DNA from: Patescibacteria group bacterium
GTDB lineage: Bacteria; Patescibacteriota; Minisyncoccia; Minisyncoccales; GWA2-38-27
Direction of reading: 5' to 3'
Assembly (NCBI GenBank): GCA_020148045.1
Contig: JAHCRG010000004.1
Location: 576-64,575, forward strand
DNA: 64,000 nt
Shown: piece by piece, positions 1-7,994 of the stretch
Layout: every line of letters starts with the position of its first letter
Position numbering within the stretch: the first letter of the stretch is position 1
Notes under the pieces: model-generated
Databases searched by the model: none
What the model was told of the DNA's origin: nothing
What the model saw: the letters and a program-made list of their open reading frames with translations, nothing else
Made by a program: the position numbers and the translations under genes

Positions 1-1397
1 AGCCGGGAATTGATAATGATAACAGAGTTACGGTTTTGTTTCATTTAATGAAAGAAAATGATGGAGGTTATTTTAATAACGGCGATGAATACTCCCGTTT
101 TCAAAATCCAAGATCAAACCAGAGAGAGATGGTTTATCTAAATGCCAGTTACATTACGAATGATGTAATCAAAAGTTTTCTTGCTCATGAGTTTTTACAT
201 TTGATTGCCTTTAATCAAAAAGAGAAGATTCAATGGGTTGAAGAAGAAACTTGGCTTAATGAAGCCAGGGCAGAATACGCTCCGACTTTTTGCGGCTATG
301 ATTCAGAATATCAAAGGAGTAATCTGCAGAACAGGGTTAATGAATTTTTGAAAAACCCTTCTGATTCTATTACCGAATGGCAAGGCGTTTCGGCAGATTA
401 CGGAGCTCTAAATGTTTTTATCCAGTATTTAGTTGACCATTACGGAGTTAAGATTTTGACTGATTCTTTACATTCTTCGAAAGTTGGAATTGAAAGTATT
501 AACTATGCTTTGGAGAAAGATGGTTTTAAGAAAGATTTTTCTCAGATTTTCACAGATTGGACAATAGCTGTTTTAGTCAACGATTGCTCTTTGGGAGAAA
601 AATATTGTTATAAAAACGAAAACCTGAAAAACATCCGAATAGTTCCCGAGAGCAATTTCTTACCCCTTACTTCAGAAAGCAGTTTATTGATAAGTCATAC
701 TACTAAAAATTGGGCAGGCAATTGGCAAAAAATTTTTGGGGGAAAGGATACTTTAACTTTTGAGTTTAAAGGAGGAGAAGGAAATAACTTTAAACTTCCT
801 TACCTTGTTTGTCAGGATTCAAACGGATGTTCAATTAACTTTTTATCTTTAGATGAGAACCAAAAAGGTGAAATTATTCTTGAAGACTTCAATACAAAAT
901 ATACTTCTTTAACCATTATCCCTTCCCTTCAAAACAAATTCTCCGGTTTTGACGGAATAGAGCCCGCTTATTTGTTTAATTGGAAGGCAACAATTTCTAA
1001 TGGAAGAACAGAGGAAGATAAAGAAACAGAACTAATTAAACAGCTTTTAGCTCGGATTGCTTATCTAAAATCAGAAATCGCTAAAGTCCGAAGTCAAATA
1101 GCTGCTATTTTGGGAAAAACTACGGTTTCCTGCCAAAAATTTGATAGTAATCTTTATTATGGGATGATGGCAAATTCAGAAGTTCGCTGTCTCCAGCAAT
1201 TTTTAAAAAATCAAGGGGCCGAGATTTACCCCGAAGGTTTAGTTACCGGAAACTTCCTTTCTTTAACTAAAGCAGCCGTCATCCGTTTTCAAGAAGAATA
1301 TGCTCCAGAAATTTTAGCTCCCCTTAGTTTAGAAAAAGGAACAGGTTATTTCGGACCCTTGAGTCGGGAAGCCGCCAACGGACTTATTCACAGGTAA
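1..1397 (+). CDS. Secreted zinc metallopeptidase (HExxH, gluzincin-like) with C-terminal peptidoglycan-binding domain; 5' end cut by window edge
   Basis: The frame of track ORF 36..1397 has no stop back to nt 3, so the gene starts upstream of the window. HEFLH is an HExxH site, followed about 20 aa later by NEARAEY (thermolysin-like third-ligand Glu spacing). A coiled-coil-like stretch follows. C-terminal VRCLQQFLKNQG...LTKAAVIRFQEEY resembles PG_binding_1. Confidence 0.6.
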   Translation, partial: PGIDNDNRVTVLFHLMKENDGGYFNNGDEYSRFQNPRSNQREMVYLNASYITNDVIKSFLAHEFLHLIAFNQKEKIQWVEEETWLNEARAEYAPTFCGYDSEYQRSNLQNRVNEFLKNPSDSITEWQGVSADYGALNVFIQYLVDHYGVKILTDSLHSSKVGIESINYALEKDGFKKDFSQIFTDWTIAVLVNDCSLGEKYCYKNENLKNIRIVPESNFLPLTSESSLLISHTTKNWAGNWQKIFGGKDTLTFEFKGGEGNNFKLPYLVCQDSNGCSINFLSLDENQKGEIILEDFNTKYTSLTIIPSLQNKFSGFDGIEPAYLFNWKATISNGRTEEDKETELIKQLLARIAYLKSEIAKVRSQIAAILGKTTVSCQKFDSNLYYGMMANSEVRCLQQFLKNQGAEIYPEGLVTGNFLSLTKAAVIRFQEEYAPEILAPLSLEKGTGYFGPLSREAANGLIHR

Positions 1398-1423
1398 TCC
1401 CCAGTAAACCCTATTGACCCCTC

Positions 1424-1452
1424 TTGACACACCTTCTTGAGGGGTTTATTAT
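1424..1452 (+). promoter_or_regulatory. Sigma70-type promoter candidate inside a hairpin-forming 45-nt cassette
   Basis: TTGACA (1424-1429), 17-nt spacer, TATTAT (1447-1452). CCCCTC/GAGGGG arms flank the -35. The cassette is repeated at 2448-2491. Confidence 0.45.
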
Positions 1453-1470
1453 TATAAAAGAGGAGTATTT

Positions 1471-1536
1471 CCTCCTCCTCCTCCTCCTCCTCCTCCTCCT
1501 CCTCTTCTTCTTCTTCTTATTATTATTAGTAGTAGT
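1471..1536. repeat. Phase-locked trinucleotide microsatellite staircase (CCT)11(CTT)5(ATT)3(AGT)3
   Basis: Direct reading: CCT x11 at 1471-1503, CTT x5 at 1504-1518, ATT x3 at 1519-1527, AGT x3 at 1528-1536, all in one triplet register. Confidence 0.95.
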
Positions 1537-1616
1537 ATTAATAAGGAGAATTTAATTTTTTCAAAAAAAACAATTTTGGGGTTATCTTAAAAATTCAAAG
1601 TATAAATTAGGATTTT

Positions 1617-1656
1617 TGGTAATATTCTCACCCAAAGGATTAATCGTTAAACGATT
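1617..1656 (+). promoter_or_regulatory. Extended -10 promoter candidate plus perfect inverted repeat (possible operator) upstream of the first glycan gene
   Basis: TGgTAATAT at 1617-1625. AATCGTT-A-AACGATT at 1642-1656, about 45 nt upstream of the ATG at 1699. Confidence 0.3.
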
Positions 1657-1698
1657 TATCCACACTACTAAAAATCCGTATAAATCAGCTCAATTGGT

Positions 1699-2436
1699 AT
1701 GAATCAGTGTTTATCTAATTACAAAGCAATAATCCTCGCTGGAGGGAAAGGAACTCGGCTTTATCCGGTAACTAAAGAAATTCCCAAGCCCTTGCTTCCA
1801 GTAAAAAGAAAGCCGATTATTAATTATTTAATTAATTTATTTTATTCTCAGGGAATAAAAGAGATAGCTGTTTTAATAAATAAGGATTTTCGAGAAGATT
1901 TTGATTGGTGGCAGAAAAGATACTATTCAAAAAACAAAATTAAATTAGTCCAAGAATCAAAGCCCCTTGGGACTTTAGGGGGGCTTTGTTTTTTAAAAGA
2001 TTGGATTTCAAACAAGCCCTTTTTTCTAACTAATGGGGACGAATTAAAGAAGATAGATTTGATTGAGATGAACAAATTTCACCAGAGATTAAAAACGCCA
2101 GCAACAATAGCTTTAGTAAAAGTACCCGACCCTCAACACTACGGAGTTGTTATTTCAAAAAATGGAAGAGTAGAAGAGTTTTTAGAAAAACCTTCACCCT
2201 CCCAAATTTCTAAAAGAAACTTAGAAGGGCAAGCAAACTATATTAACTCCGGTCTTTATTTACTATCTCCCGAAATTTTTAATTATCATTCCGGTCCTCA
2301 ATTCTCAATGATTGAAACTGATTTATTTCCAAAGTTAGCAAAAGAAAAGAAATTAGCAGGATTTAAATTCCACGATAAGTGGACGGATTGCGGGACTTGG
2401 GAAAGATACGAAAAAGCTCTCCGGGAATGGAAATGA
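1699..2436 (+). CDS. Sugar-1-phosphate nucleotidyltransferase (RmlA/ManC-like NTP-transferase fold)
   Basis: N-terminal AIILAGGKGTRLYPVTKEIPKPLLPV is the G-x-G-T-R-L nucleotidyltransferase signature. Length 245 aa. Confidence 0.8.
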   Translation: MNQCLSNYKAIILAGGKGTRLYPVTKEIPKPLLPVKRKPIINYLINLFYSQGIKEIAVLINKDFREDFDWWQKRYYSKNKIKLVQESKPLGTLGGLCFLKDWISNKPFFLTNGDELKKIDLIEMNKFHQRLKTPATIALVKVPDPQHYGVVISKNGRVEEFLEKPSPSQISKRNLEGQANYINSGLYLLSPEIFNYHSGPQFSMIETDLFPKLAKEKKLAGFKFHDKWTDCGTWERYEKALREWK

Positions 2437-2457
2437 AGTGATCCTTTTTGACCCCTC

Positions 2458-2486
2458 TTGGCATGCCTTCTTGAGGGATTTATCAT
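2458..2486 (+). promoter_or_regulatory. Second copy of the promoter cassette
   Basis: TTGGCA (2458-2463), 17 nt, TATCAT (2481-2486). About 85 percent identical to the 1414-1452 cassette. The predicted TSS is only about 6-7 nt before the ATG at 2500. Confidence 0.4.
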
Positions 2487-2499
2487 AAAAAGTAGAAAC

Positions 2500-2748
2500 A
2501 TGGAAAAGGAAATAAAACCAGACAAAATTTATACAACTAAAGAAACTCAGGATTTTTTGAAAGTAAGCAAAAGCACTATGAAACGTTTATTGAAACGAGG
2601 TGTAATTAAGGCCTATAAGGTAGGCGGAACGTATAGAATTTGGGGCAGCGAAATTTTGAGCTTAGTTTCTCCAAAAGTTGAATCAAAGGTTTATAAAGTT
2701 TATAAAAAAGCCAGAGATAAAACTAGGAAAACTCTTGAAAAGTGGTAA
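2500..2748 (+). CDS. Small excisionase/MerR-type helix-turn-helix DNA-binding protein
   Basis: YTTKETQDFLKVSKSTMKRLLKRGVIKAYKVGGTYRIWGSEI matches the HTH_17 (excisionase family) pattern. The track start at 2458 is a TTG lying in the promoter -35, so the in-frame ATG at 2500 (MEKEIK) is preferred. Confidence 0.7.
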   Translation: MEKEIKPDKIYTTKETQDFLKVSKSTMKRLLKRGVIKAYKVGGTYRIWGSEILSLVSPKVESKVYKVYKKARDKTRKTLEKW

Positions 2749-2772
2749 TTCTGGTTTTTTTATAAATGAAAT

Positions 2773-3750
2773 ATGAGCATTGATAACAAAACAATTTTAG
2801 TTACCGGGGGCACAGGTTCTTTTGGTCAGAAATTTGCCGAGATTATTTTAAAAGAACACAATCCAAAAAGTGTCCGTATTTATGACAATCGGGAATTGGC
2901 TGAAGTAGAAATGAAAAGGAAATTTAATGATTCCCGTTTGAGGTTTTTTATTGGGGATGTCCGAGATAGGGTTCGTCTTTATAGGGCAATGAATGGGGTT
3001 GATATTATTGTTCATGCCGCTGCTTTGAAACACGTGCCCATATGTGAATATAATCCTATTGAAGCAGTGAAGACCAATATGGAAGGTGCAATAAATGTTA
3101 TTGACGCAGCAATTGATAATTCAGTTGAAAAAGTAATGACAATTAGTACAGATAAAGCAGTTTATCCGGTTAATTTATATGGAGCAACTAAAATGGCAGC
3201 GGAAAAGCTTTTTATTCAAGGAAATAGCTATGCTGGCTCCAAGCAAATTATGTTTAGCTGCGCTCGCTATGGAAATGTTCTTGCTAGCAGCGGAAGCGTG
3301 ATTCTTTTATTTAATGAACAAAAAAAGAAAGGAGAAATTACAATTACAGATGAAAGAATGACAAGATTCTGGATTACTTTGGAAGATGGCGTTCGTTTTG
3401 TTATTAAATGTATTAAGTTTATGAAGGGTGGAGAGGTATTTATCCCTAAAATTTCCAGTATGAGAATTGTGGATTTGGCTGACGTTATAGCGCCCGGGGT
3501 TAAGAAAAAAATAATAGGTATCCGACCTGGAGAAAAACTACACGAGATCCTTTTAACAAAGGAAGAGGCAAAACACTCCAGAGAATTTGATAAATATTTT
3601 GTAATTGAACCCGAATATCCTTTTTGGAATAGGGATAATTTTAAAGAAAGAAAACATCTTTCCGATGGATTTGAGTATACGAGTGCTACTAACGATAAAT
3701 GGATTACCAAAGAACAAATGAGAAAAATTTTAAGAGATTTAGAAAAATGA
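2773..3750 (+). CDS. pseB: UDP-N-acetylglucosamine 4,6-dehydratase (inverting), FlaA1/PseB type
   Basis: Collinear similarity to remembered H. pylori FlaA1/PseB: ILVTGGTGSFG, FFIGDVRD, HAAALKHVP.EYNP, STDKA..P.NLYGATK, RYGNV..S.GSV, MTRFWITLE.GV.FV, GIRPGEKLHE. Confidence 0.85.
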   Translation: MSIDNKTILVTGGTGSFGQKFAEIILKEHNPKSVRIYDNRELAEVEMKRKFNDSRLRFFIGDVRDRVRLYRAMNGVDIIVHAAALKHVPICEYNPIEAVKTNMEGAINVIDAAIDNSVEKVMTISTDKAVYPVNLYGATKMAAEKLFIQGNSYAGSKQIMFSCARYGNVLASSGSVILLFNEQKKKGEITITDERMTRFWITLEDGVRFVIKCIKFMKGGEVFIPKISSMRIVDLADVIAPGVKKKIIGIRPGEKLHEILLTKEEAKHSREFDKYFVIEPEYPFWNRDNFKERKHLSDGFEYTSATNDKWITKEQMRKILRDLEK

Positions 3751-4499
3751 AGATAGCGGCAATTATTCAAGCAAGAATGGCTTCAACGAGATTACCCGGT
3801 AAGGTTTTAATGAAGATAGCGGGAAAACCAATGTTATGGCACGTAGTTGAACGAATAAAAGCCGCAAAAACATTAGATAGTGTGATTGTGGCAACCACAA
3901 TCAATTCTGAGGATAATGCCATAGAGAAGTTAGCCCAAAAAGAAGGTTGGCTCTTATATCGTGGATCTTCAGAAGATGTTTTGGATCGTTATTATCAAGC
4001 GGCAAAGAAATTTGACATCAATATTGTTTTTAGAGGAAGCAGTGATCTTCCTTTAATTGACCCCGTCGTTATTGACATGTGCGTTAAAAAACTTTTAAGT
4101 GGGAAATACGATTATATTAGTAATTTTTTTCAAGAGGAGCAGGATAAGAGTGATTTTCCCCGAGGGCTTGATGTTAGAGTATTTTCTTTTGAAGCATTAA
4201 AAAAGGCACATCATAATGCTACCCGGTCTTATGAAAGGGAACACGTAGCTCCCTATATTTGGGAAAATAAAAAGAAGGAGTTTAAAATTGGACCTGCGGT
4301 AGAAGCCCCGCCAGAATATTCCAGGAATTACCGTTTGACCGTTGATTATCCAGAAGATTTTAGTTTAATGGAGAAAATTTACCAAATTTTCTATAAACCA
4401 GGTAAAATTATTGATACATCTAAGATCATTGCCTTTTTAGATAAACATCCCGAGATTGCTCAGATAAATGCTAATCGTCAGCAAAAGCCATTTAAATAA
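3747..4499 (+). CDS. Cytidylyltransferase-fold protein, SpsF/PseF-like (CMP-sugar synthetase family)
   Basis: MKIAAIIQARMASTRLPGKVL is the typical SpsF/CTP_transf_3 N-terminus. The ATG at 3747 overlaps the pseB stop (ATGA). The upstream part of the track ORF is frame overlap. Confidence 0.65.
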   Translation: MKIAAIIQARMASTRLPGKVLMKIAGKPMLWHVVERIKAAKTLDSVIVATTINSEDNAIEKLAQKEGWLLYRGSSEDVLDRYYQAAKKFDINIVFRGSSDLPLIDPVVIDMCVKKLLSGKYDYISNFFQEEQDKSDFPRGLDVRVFSFEALKKAHHNATRSYEREHVAPYIWENKKKEFKIGPAVEAPPEYSRNYRLTVDYPEDFSLMEKIYQIFYKPGKIIDTSKIIAFLDKHPEIAQINANRQQKPFK

Positions 4500-4509
4500 A
4501 GAAACAATC

Positions 4510-5373
4510 ATGAAGAAGCAAAAAATACTAATAACCGGGATGAGTGGCCTTCTTGGTTCAACCTTAGAGCAAATTTTAAAAAAGGAAGGTCACGATATTT
4601 ACGATATTGACATGGATATTAGCGATACCGACGCGGTTAAGGACTGTGTATTCCGGAAAGAAAATTTTGACTGGATTATTCATACCGCAGCAGTTACTAA
4701 TGTTGACTCTTGTGAAAAGGATAGATTTTTATGTTATAACGTAAATGCTCAAGGTACCAAAAATATTAGAGATCTGGCAGAAACTATTGGAGCTAAATTA
4801 ATTTATATCTCCACTGCTTCAGTATTTTCGGGAGAAGAAGGAAATTATAAAGAAACCGACTTACCTTATCCCCGAAATTTTTATAACCTTACAAAATTTT
4901 TAGGCGAACAAGTTATATTAGAATACAATCTTGGTTTGGTTCTTCGTTTGAATTTAATCGGTATTCATCCAAAAGGCTCTCGTGGTCTTAATTTTTTTGA
5001 ATGGTTGGTTAATTCAATTAAAGCTAATAAAAATATTCAACTTTTTAATGATATAATGATAAATCCTTTAAGCAGTTGGACGATAGCTGAATTCATTAAT
5101 AATCTTATTGAGATTAGCCCCCAGGAGAAAATATTGCATCTTGCTAGTAAAAATATTTTATCTAAGGCAGACATAGGAAAATTAGTTATAAAAAAACTTG
5201 GAAATTATAGAGGAAAAGCAAGATTTGTAACCAGGGACGATAATCAAAGCAATGCTCTACGACCAAAACAAATGTGGCTTAACGCCGATTATGCGCAAAC
5301 GAAATTAGGTTTGGAAATGCCGACTCTTGAATCAGAGATAGAAAAAATATTAAAAAAGTCACATTTATTATAG
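4510..5373 (+). CDS. NAD(P)-dependent sugar reductase/epimerase, RmlD-like
   Basis: KILITGMSGLLGS Rossmann motif. The size and STASVF / Y..TK pattern are as in dTDP-4-dehydrorhamnose reductase-like SDRs. Start taken at ATG 4510 (MKKQKILITG). Confidence 0.6.
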   Translation: MKKQKILITGMSGLLGSTLEQILKKEGHDIYDIDMDISDTDAVKDCVFRKENFDWIIHTAAVTNVDSCEKDRFLCYNVNAQGTKNIRDLAETIGAKLIYISTASVFSGEEGNYKETDLPYPRNFYNLTKFLGEQVILEYNLGLVLRLNLIGIHPKGSRGLNFFEWLVNSIKANKNIQLFNDIMINPLSSWTIAEFINNLIEISPQEKILHLASKNILSKADIGKLVIKKLGNYRGKARFVTRDDNQSNALRPKQMWLNADYAQTKLGLEMPTLESEIEKILKKSHLL

Positions 5374-5375
5374 AA

Positions 5376-6464
5376 GTGATTATGCTAGATATTAAAATTG
5401 GTAACAAAAATATCGGTGCCGAAAACTCTGTGTATATTATTGCCGAGATAGGATCTAATTTTGACGGAGATCTTAGACGCGCAAAATATTTAGCCAAGCT
5501 CGCTAAAGAGGTCGGAGCCGATGCTTATAAAATACAAAACTTTTTAGCCCCGAAGATGCTTTCAGAAAAAGGATTCCAAAATTTTCAGGTTTCTTATCAA
5601 TCAAAATGGGATAGTGGCGTGTTTGAAGTTTATCGCCAAGCAGAATTTCCCAGAAAATGGTTAAAAGAATTATCGGATTATTGTCGCAAGATTGGCATTG
5701 ATTTTTTTTCAAGTCCCTATGACATTGAAGCGGTTAACCTATTAGAAAAGATCGGTGTTCCTGCCTATAAAATTGGATCTGGGGAGATTGATAATTTGGA
5801 ATTTTTAGAATATGTGGCGCGTCTCGGCAAGCCCATTATTTTGTCTTGCGGAACGGCAACCTTGGAGGAGATTGGAAATGCGGTCTCGGTTATTCGCGAT
5901 AGCGGGAATAACCAGATTGTATTATTGCAATGCGTAACTAATTATCCATCACCAATGGCAGATGCCAATATTCGGGCAATGGTTGCTATTAAAGAAAAAT
6001 TCAGAGTTGAGGTTGGTTATTCGGATCATACAATCGGTAAAGAAGGGGGTGGCGACGATCCGCTTTCTGGCACTACTGTTCCCCTGGGTGCTGTAGCTTT
6101 GGGCGCAAGAGTTATTGAAAAACATTTTACTGACGACCGTACTCGCAAGGGTCAGGATCATCCTTTTGCAATGGACATAGAGGGATTTAGAAAAATGGTA
6201 GAAGGAATTAGAGCATTAGAAAAAGCCTTGGGCAATGGAATGAAAAGAATTATGCCGTCAGAGAAAGAAACGGCATTTATAATGCGTCGAGGTATTTATG
6301 CAAGGAAAAAGATTGAAAAGAGCCAAAAGATTTCTCGGGATAGTGTTGAATTTTTACGCCCAGCTACAGGATTACGGCCGCCTCAAATAAATGAAATATT
6401 GGATAAAGTTGCTAAACATAAAATTTTGGCCGGAGAGCCAATCACTCTTGATGATGTTGTTTAA
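5376..6464 (+). CDS. Nonulosonic acid synthase, NeuB/PseI/SpsE family (PEP-condensing) with C-terminal SAF domain
   Basis: IIAEIGSNFDGDL..AK.L...AKEVGADAYKIQ, YSDHT.G, GARVIEKHFT blocks. The C-terminal ISRDSVEFLRPATGL...LAGEPITLDDV is SAF-like. Confidence 0.8.
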   Translation: MIMLDIKIGNKNIGAENSVYIIAEIGSNFDGDLRRAKYLAKLAKEVGADAYKIQNFLAPKMLSEKGFQNFQVSYQSKWDSGVFEVYRQAEFPRKWLKELSDYCRKIGIDFFSSPYDIEAVNLLEKIGVPAYKIGSGEIDNLEFLEYVARLGKPIILSCGTATLEEIGNAVSVIRDSGNNQIVLLQCVTNYPSPMADANIRAMVAIKEKFRVEVGYSDHTIGKEGGGDDPLSGTTVPLGAVALGARVIEKHFTDDRTRKGQDHPFAMDIEGFRKMVEGIRALEKALGNGMKRIMPSEKETAFIMRRGIYARKKIEKSQKISRDSVEFLRPATGLRPPQINEILDKVAKHKILAGEPITLDDVV

Positions 6465-7115
6465 CCAAAAAATAGTCGTTGTTATCCCCGCTTTTAACGA
6501 ATCCAAAACCGTTGAGAGGGTAATAAAAGAAACTAAGCCCTATGCCAATGAAATTATTGTGGTTGATGACGGATCTTATGATGATACCAGCTTAAAGGCA
6601 AAAAAAGTTGGGGCTATCGTTATACACCATAAAAAAAATCAAGGGTACGACGCCTCAATTGAAGATGGATTTCGGGAGGCGTTAAAAAGAAAAGCATCTG
6701 TTATGTGACCTTTGATGCTGATGGGCAGCATCAACCAGAGGATATTAAAAGATTAACCGAGCCAATTATTACCGGGAAGGCTGATATCGTAATTGGACAA
6801 CGACAACATGCTTTTCCTCTTAGCGAGAAAATTTTCGCCTTATATACAAATTTCCGGTTTGGAATTAAGGATCCATTATGTGGACTAAAAGCTTATACTT
6901 CTAAAGTTTATGAGGGTATTGGTCATTTTGATACCTTGGGTTCTATGGGAACTCAATTAATGATAGAAGCTTTACATAGGGGATTCAGAATTGAATTTGT
7001 TCCGATTAATGTTAGACCGCAGGTGGACAGAGCGCATTTTTATTTCAACCGCCTTAAGACGAATTATAAGATTTTAAAAGCAACGATGAAAGTAATTTTA
7101 TTTTTACGGAAATAG
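6451..7115 (+). pseudogene. GT2 glycosyltransferase (DPM1/GtrB-like catalytic domain) interrupted by a frameshift at 6703-6708
   Basis: VVVIPAFNESKTVERV...IVVDDGSYDDT (6451-6708) stops at ATG TGA. The DxD-containing continuation (V)TFDADGQHQPEDI follows in the -1 frame from 6705. Together they form one normal about 220-aa GT2 domain. Confidence 0.7.
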
Positions 7116-7128
7116 ATCACTTATTAAA

Positions 7129-7947
7129 ATGAATGAAACGAGAATAAAACCCATCAGAGGGTTTATAAATATAGATTGGAAAGAACTCTGGAAGTATCGA
7201 GAACTTTTTTATTTTTTGGCTTGGAAAGATATCAAAGTGCGCTATAAACAAACGATTATTGGGATTGGCTGGGCAGTCTTACAGCCTTTTTTAACAATGG
7301 TAATATTTAGTATATTTTTTGGCCGAGTAGCTGGTATTTCCAGCGGAGAAATTCCTTATCCTATTTTTGTTTATGCCGGTCTCCTTTTTTGGAATTATTT
7401 TTCTAATTCTTTGAATAGCGCTAGTAGCAGCTTAGTCAGTAATCAAAAAATTATCCAAAAAATATATTTTCCTCATCTGATTATGCCGATTTCAAGTACA
7501 ATCGTTCATTTAGTTGATTTCTTTTTTGCTGCCCTGATTTTTGTTGGTTTAATGTTTTATTACCATTTCATACCTACTTTTGTCGGCATTCTGCTAATTA
7601 TTCCCTGCCTTTTAATTACTTTTCTCTCTTTTTCTGGTCTTGGCTTAGCTTTTTCAGTTCTCAACGTAAAATACCGTGATGTTCGTTACGCTTTGCCATT
7701 TTTTATTCAACTTTTAGTTTTTGTTACCCCGGTTATTTATCCAACCAGTGTTTTGGGTAGATATCAGTGGCTGTGGTATTTGAATCCAATGAGCGGTGTT
7801 GTTGAGACAATGCGGGCAGGTTTGTTGGGGGTAGGGGCAACAAACTGGGCCCTTCTTGCTTCTTCTGTTCTGATGTCAACTTTATTATTTGTTTTTGGAA
7901 TATTATATTTTAAAAAATCAGAAAGATATTTTGCCGATATTATTTAG
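7129..7947 (+). CDS. ABC-2 type polysaccharide/teichoic-acid export permease (Wzm/TagG-like)
   Basis: Six hydrophobic segments. The WKDIKVRYKQT.IG..W motif is typical of ABC-2 glycan exporters. Directly upstream of the cognate ATPase. Confidence 0.8.
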   Translation: MNETRIKPIRGFINIDWKELWKYRELFYFLAWKDIKVRYKQTIIGIGWAVLQPFLTMVIFSIFFGRVAGISSGEIPYPIFVYAGLLFWNYFSNSLNSASSSLVSNQKIIQKIYFPHLIMPISSTIVHLVDFFFAALIFVGLMFYYHFIPTFVGILLIIPCLLITFLSFSGLGLAFSVLNVKYRDVRYALPFFIQLLVFVTPVIYPTSVLGRYQWLWYLNPMSGVVETMRAGLLGVGATNWALLASSVLMSTLLFVFGILYFKKSERYFADII

Positions 7948-7994
7948 CGACGCCAATATTGGTATGATTAGCATTAATTAGTATATTAGCATCA

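Noticed and set aside
36-38. TTG at 36 as the start of the first gene
   Set aside because: The reading frame is open to the window edge, and the preceding residues (..GIDNDNRVTV) read as a continuous protein. The gene is 5'-truncated by the window.
1424-1555. 43-codon ORF across the trinucleotide repeat (poly-Leu/Phe/Val peptide)
   Set aside because: Its only start is a TTG that coincides with the -35 hexamer, and it has no SD. The tract is more likely non-coding leader sequence.
2500-2748. Excisionase-type HTH as a marker of a prophage or integrative element
   Set aside because: There is no integrase, no att-like direct repeats, and no phage or plasmid genes. The flanks are ordinary glycan genes in the same orientation.
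2298-3770. Antisense track ORFs (2298..2525, 2848..3033, 3267..3770). Similar ones occur elsewhere (5279..5497, 5503..5712, 5949..6161, 10080..10307, 13485..13688, 14419..14667, 15499..15783, 19980..20357, 22157..22369, 23646..23936, 24821..25027, 25744..26046, 26425..26775, 28316..28573, 28616..28843, 28904..29161, 29796..30002, 32986..33228, 36988..37203, 38431..38625, 39785..39985, 40463..40738)
   Set aside because: All lie opposite well-supported plus-strand genes, have no recognisable motifs, and are the shadow ORFs expected in AT-rich, strand-biased DNA.
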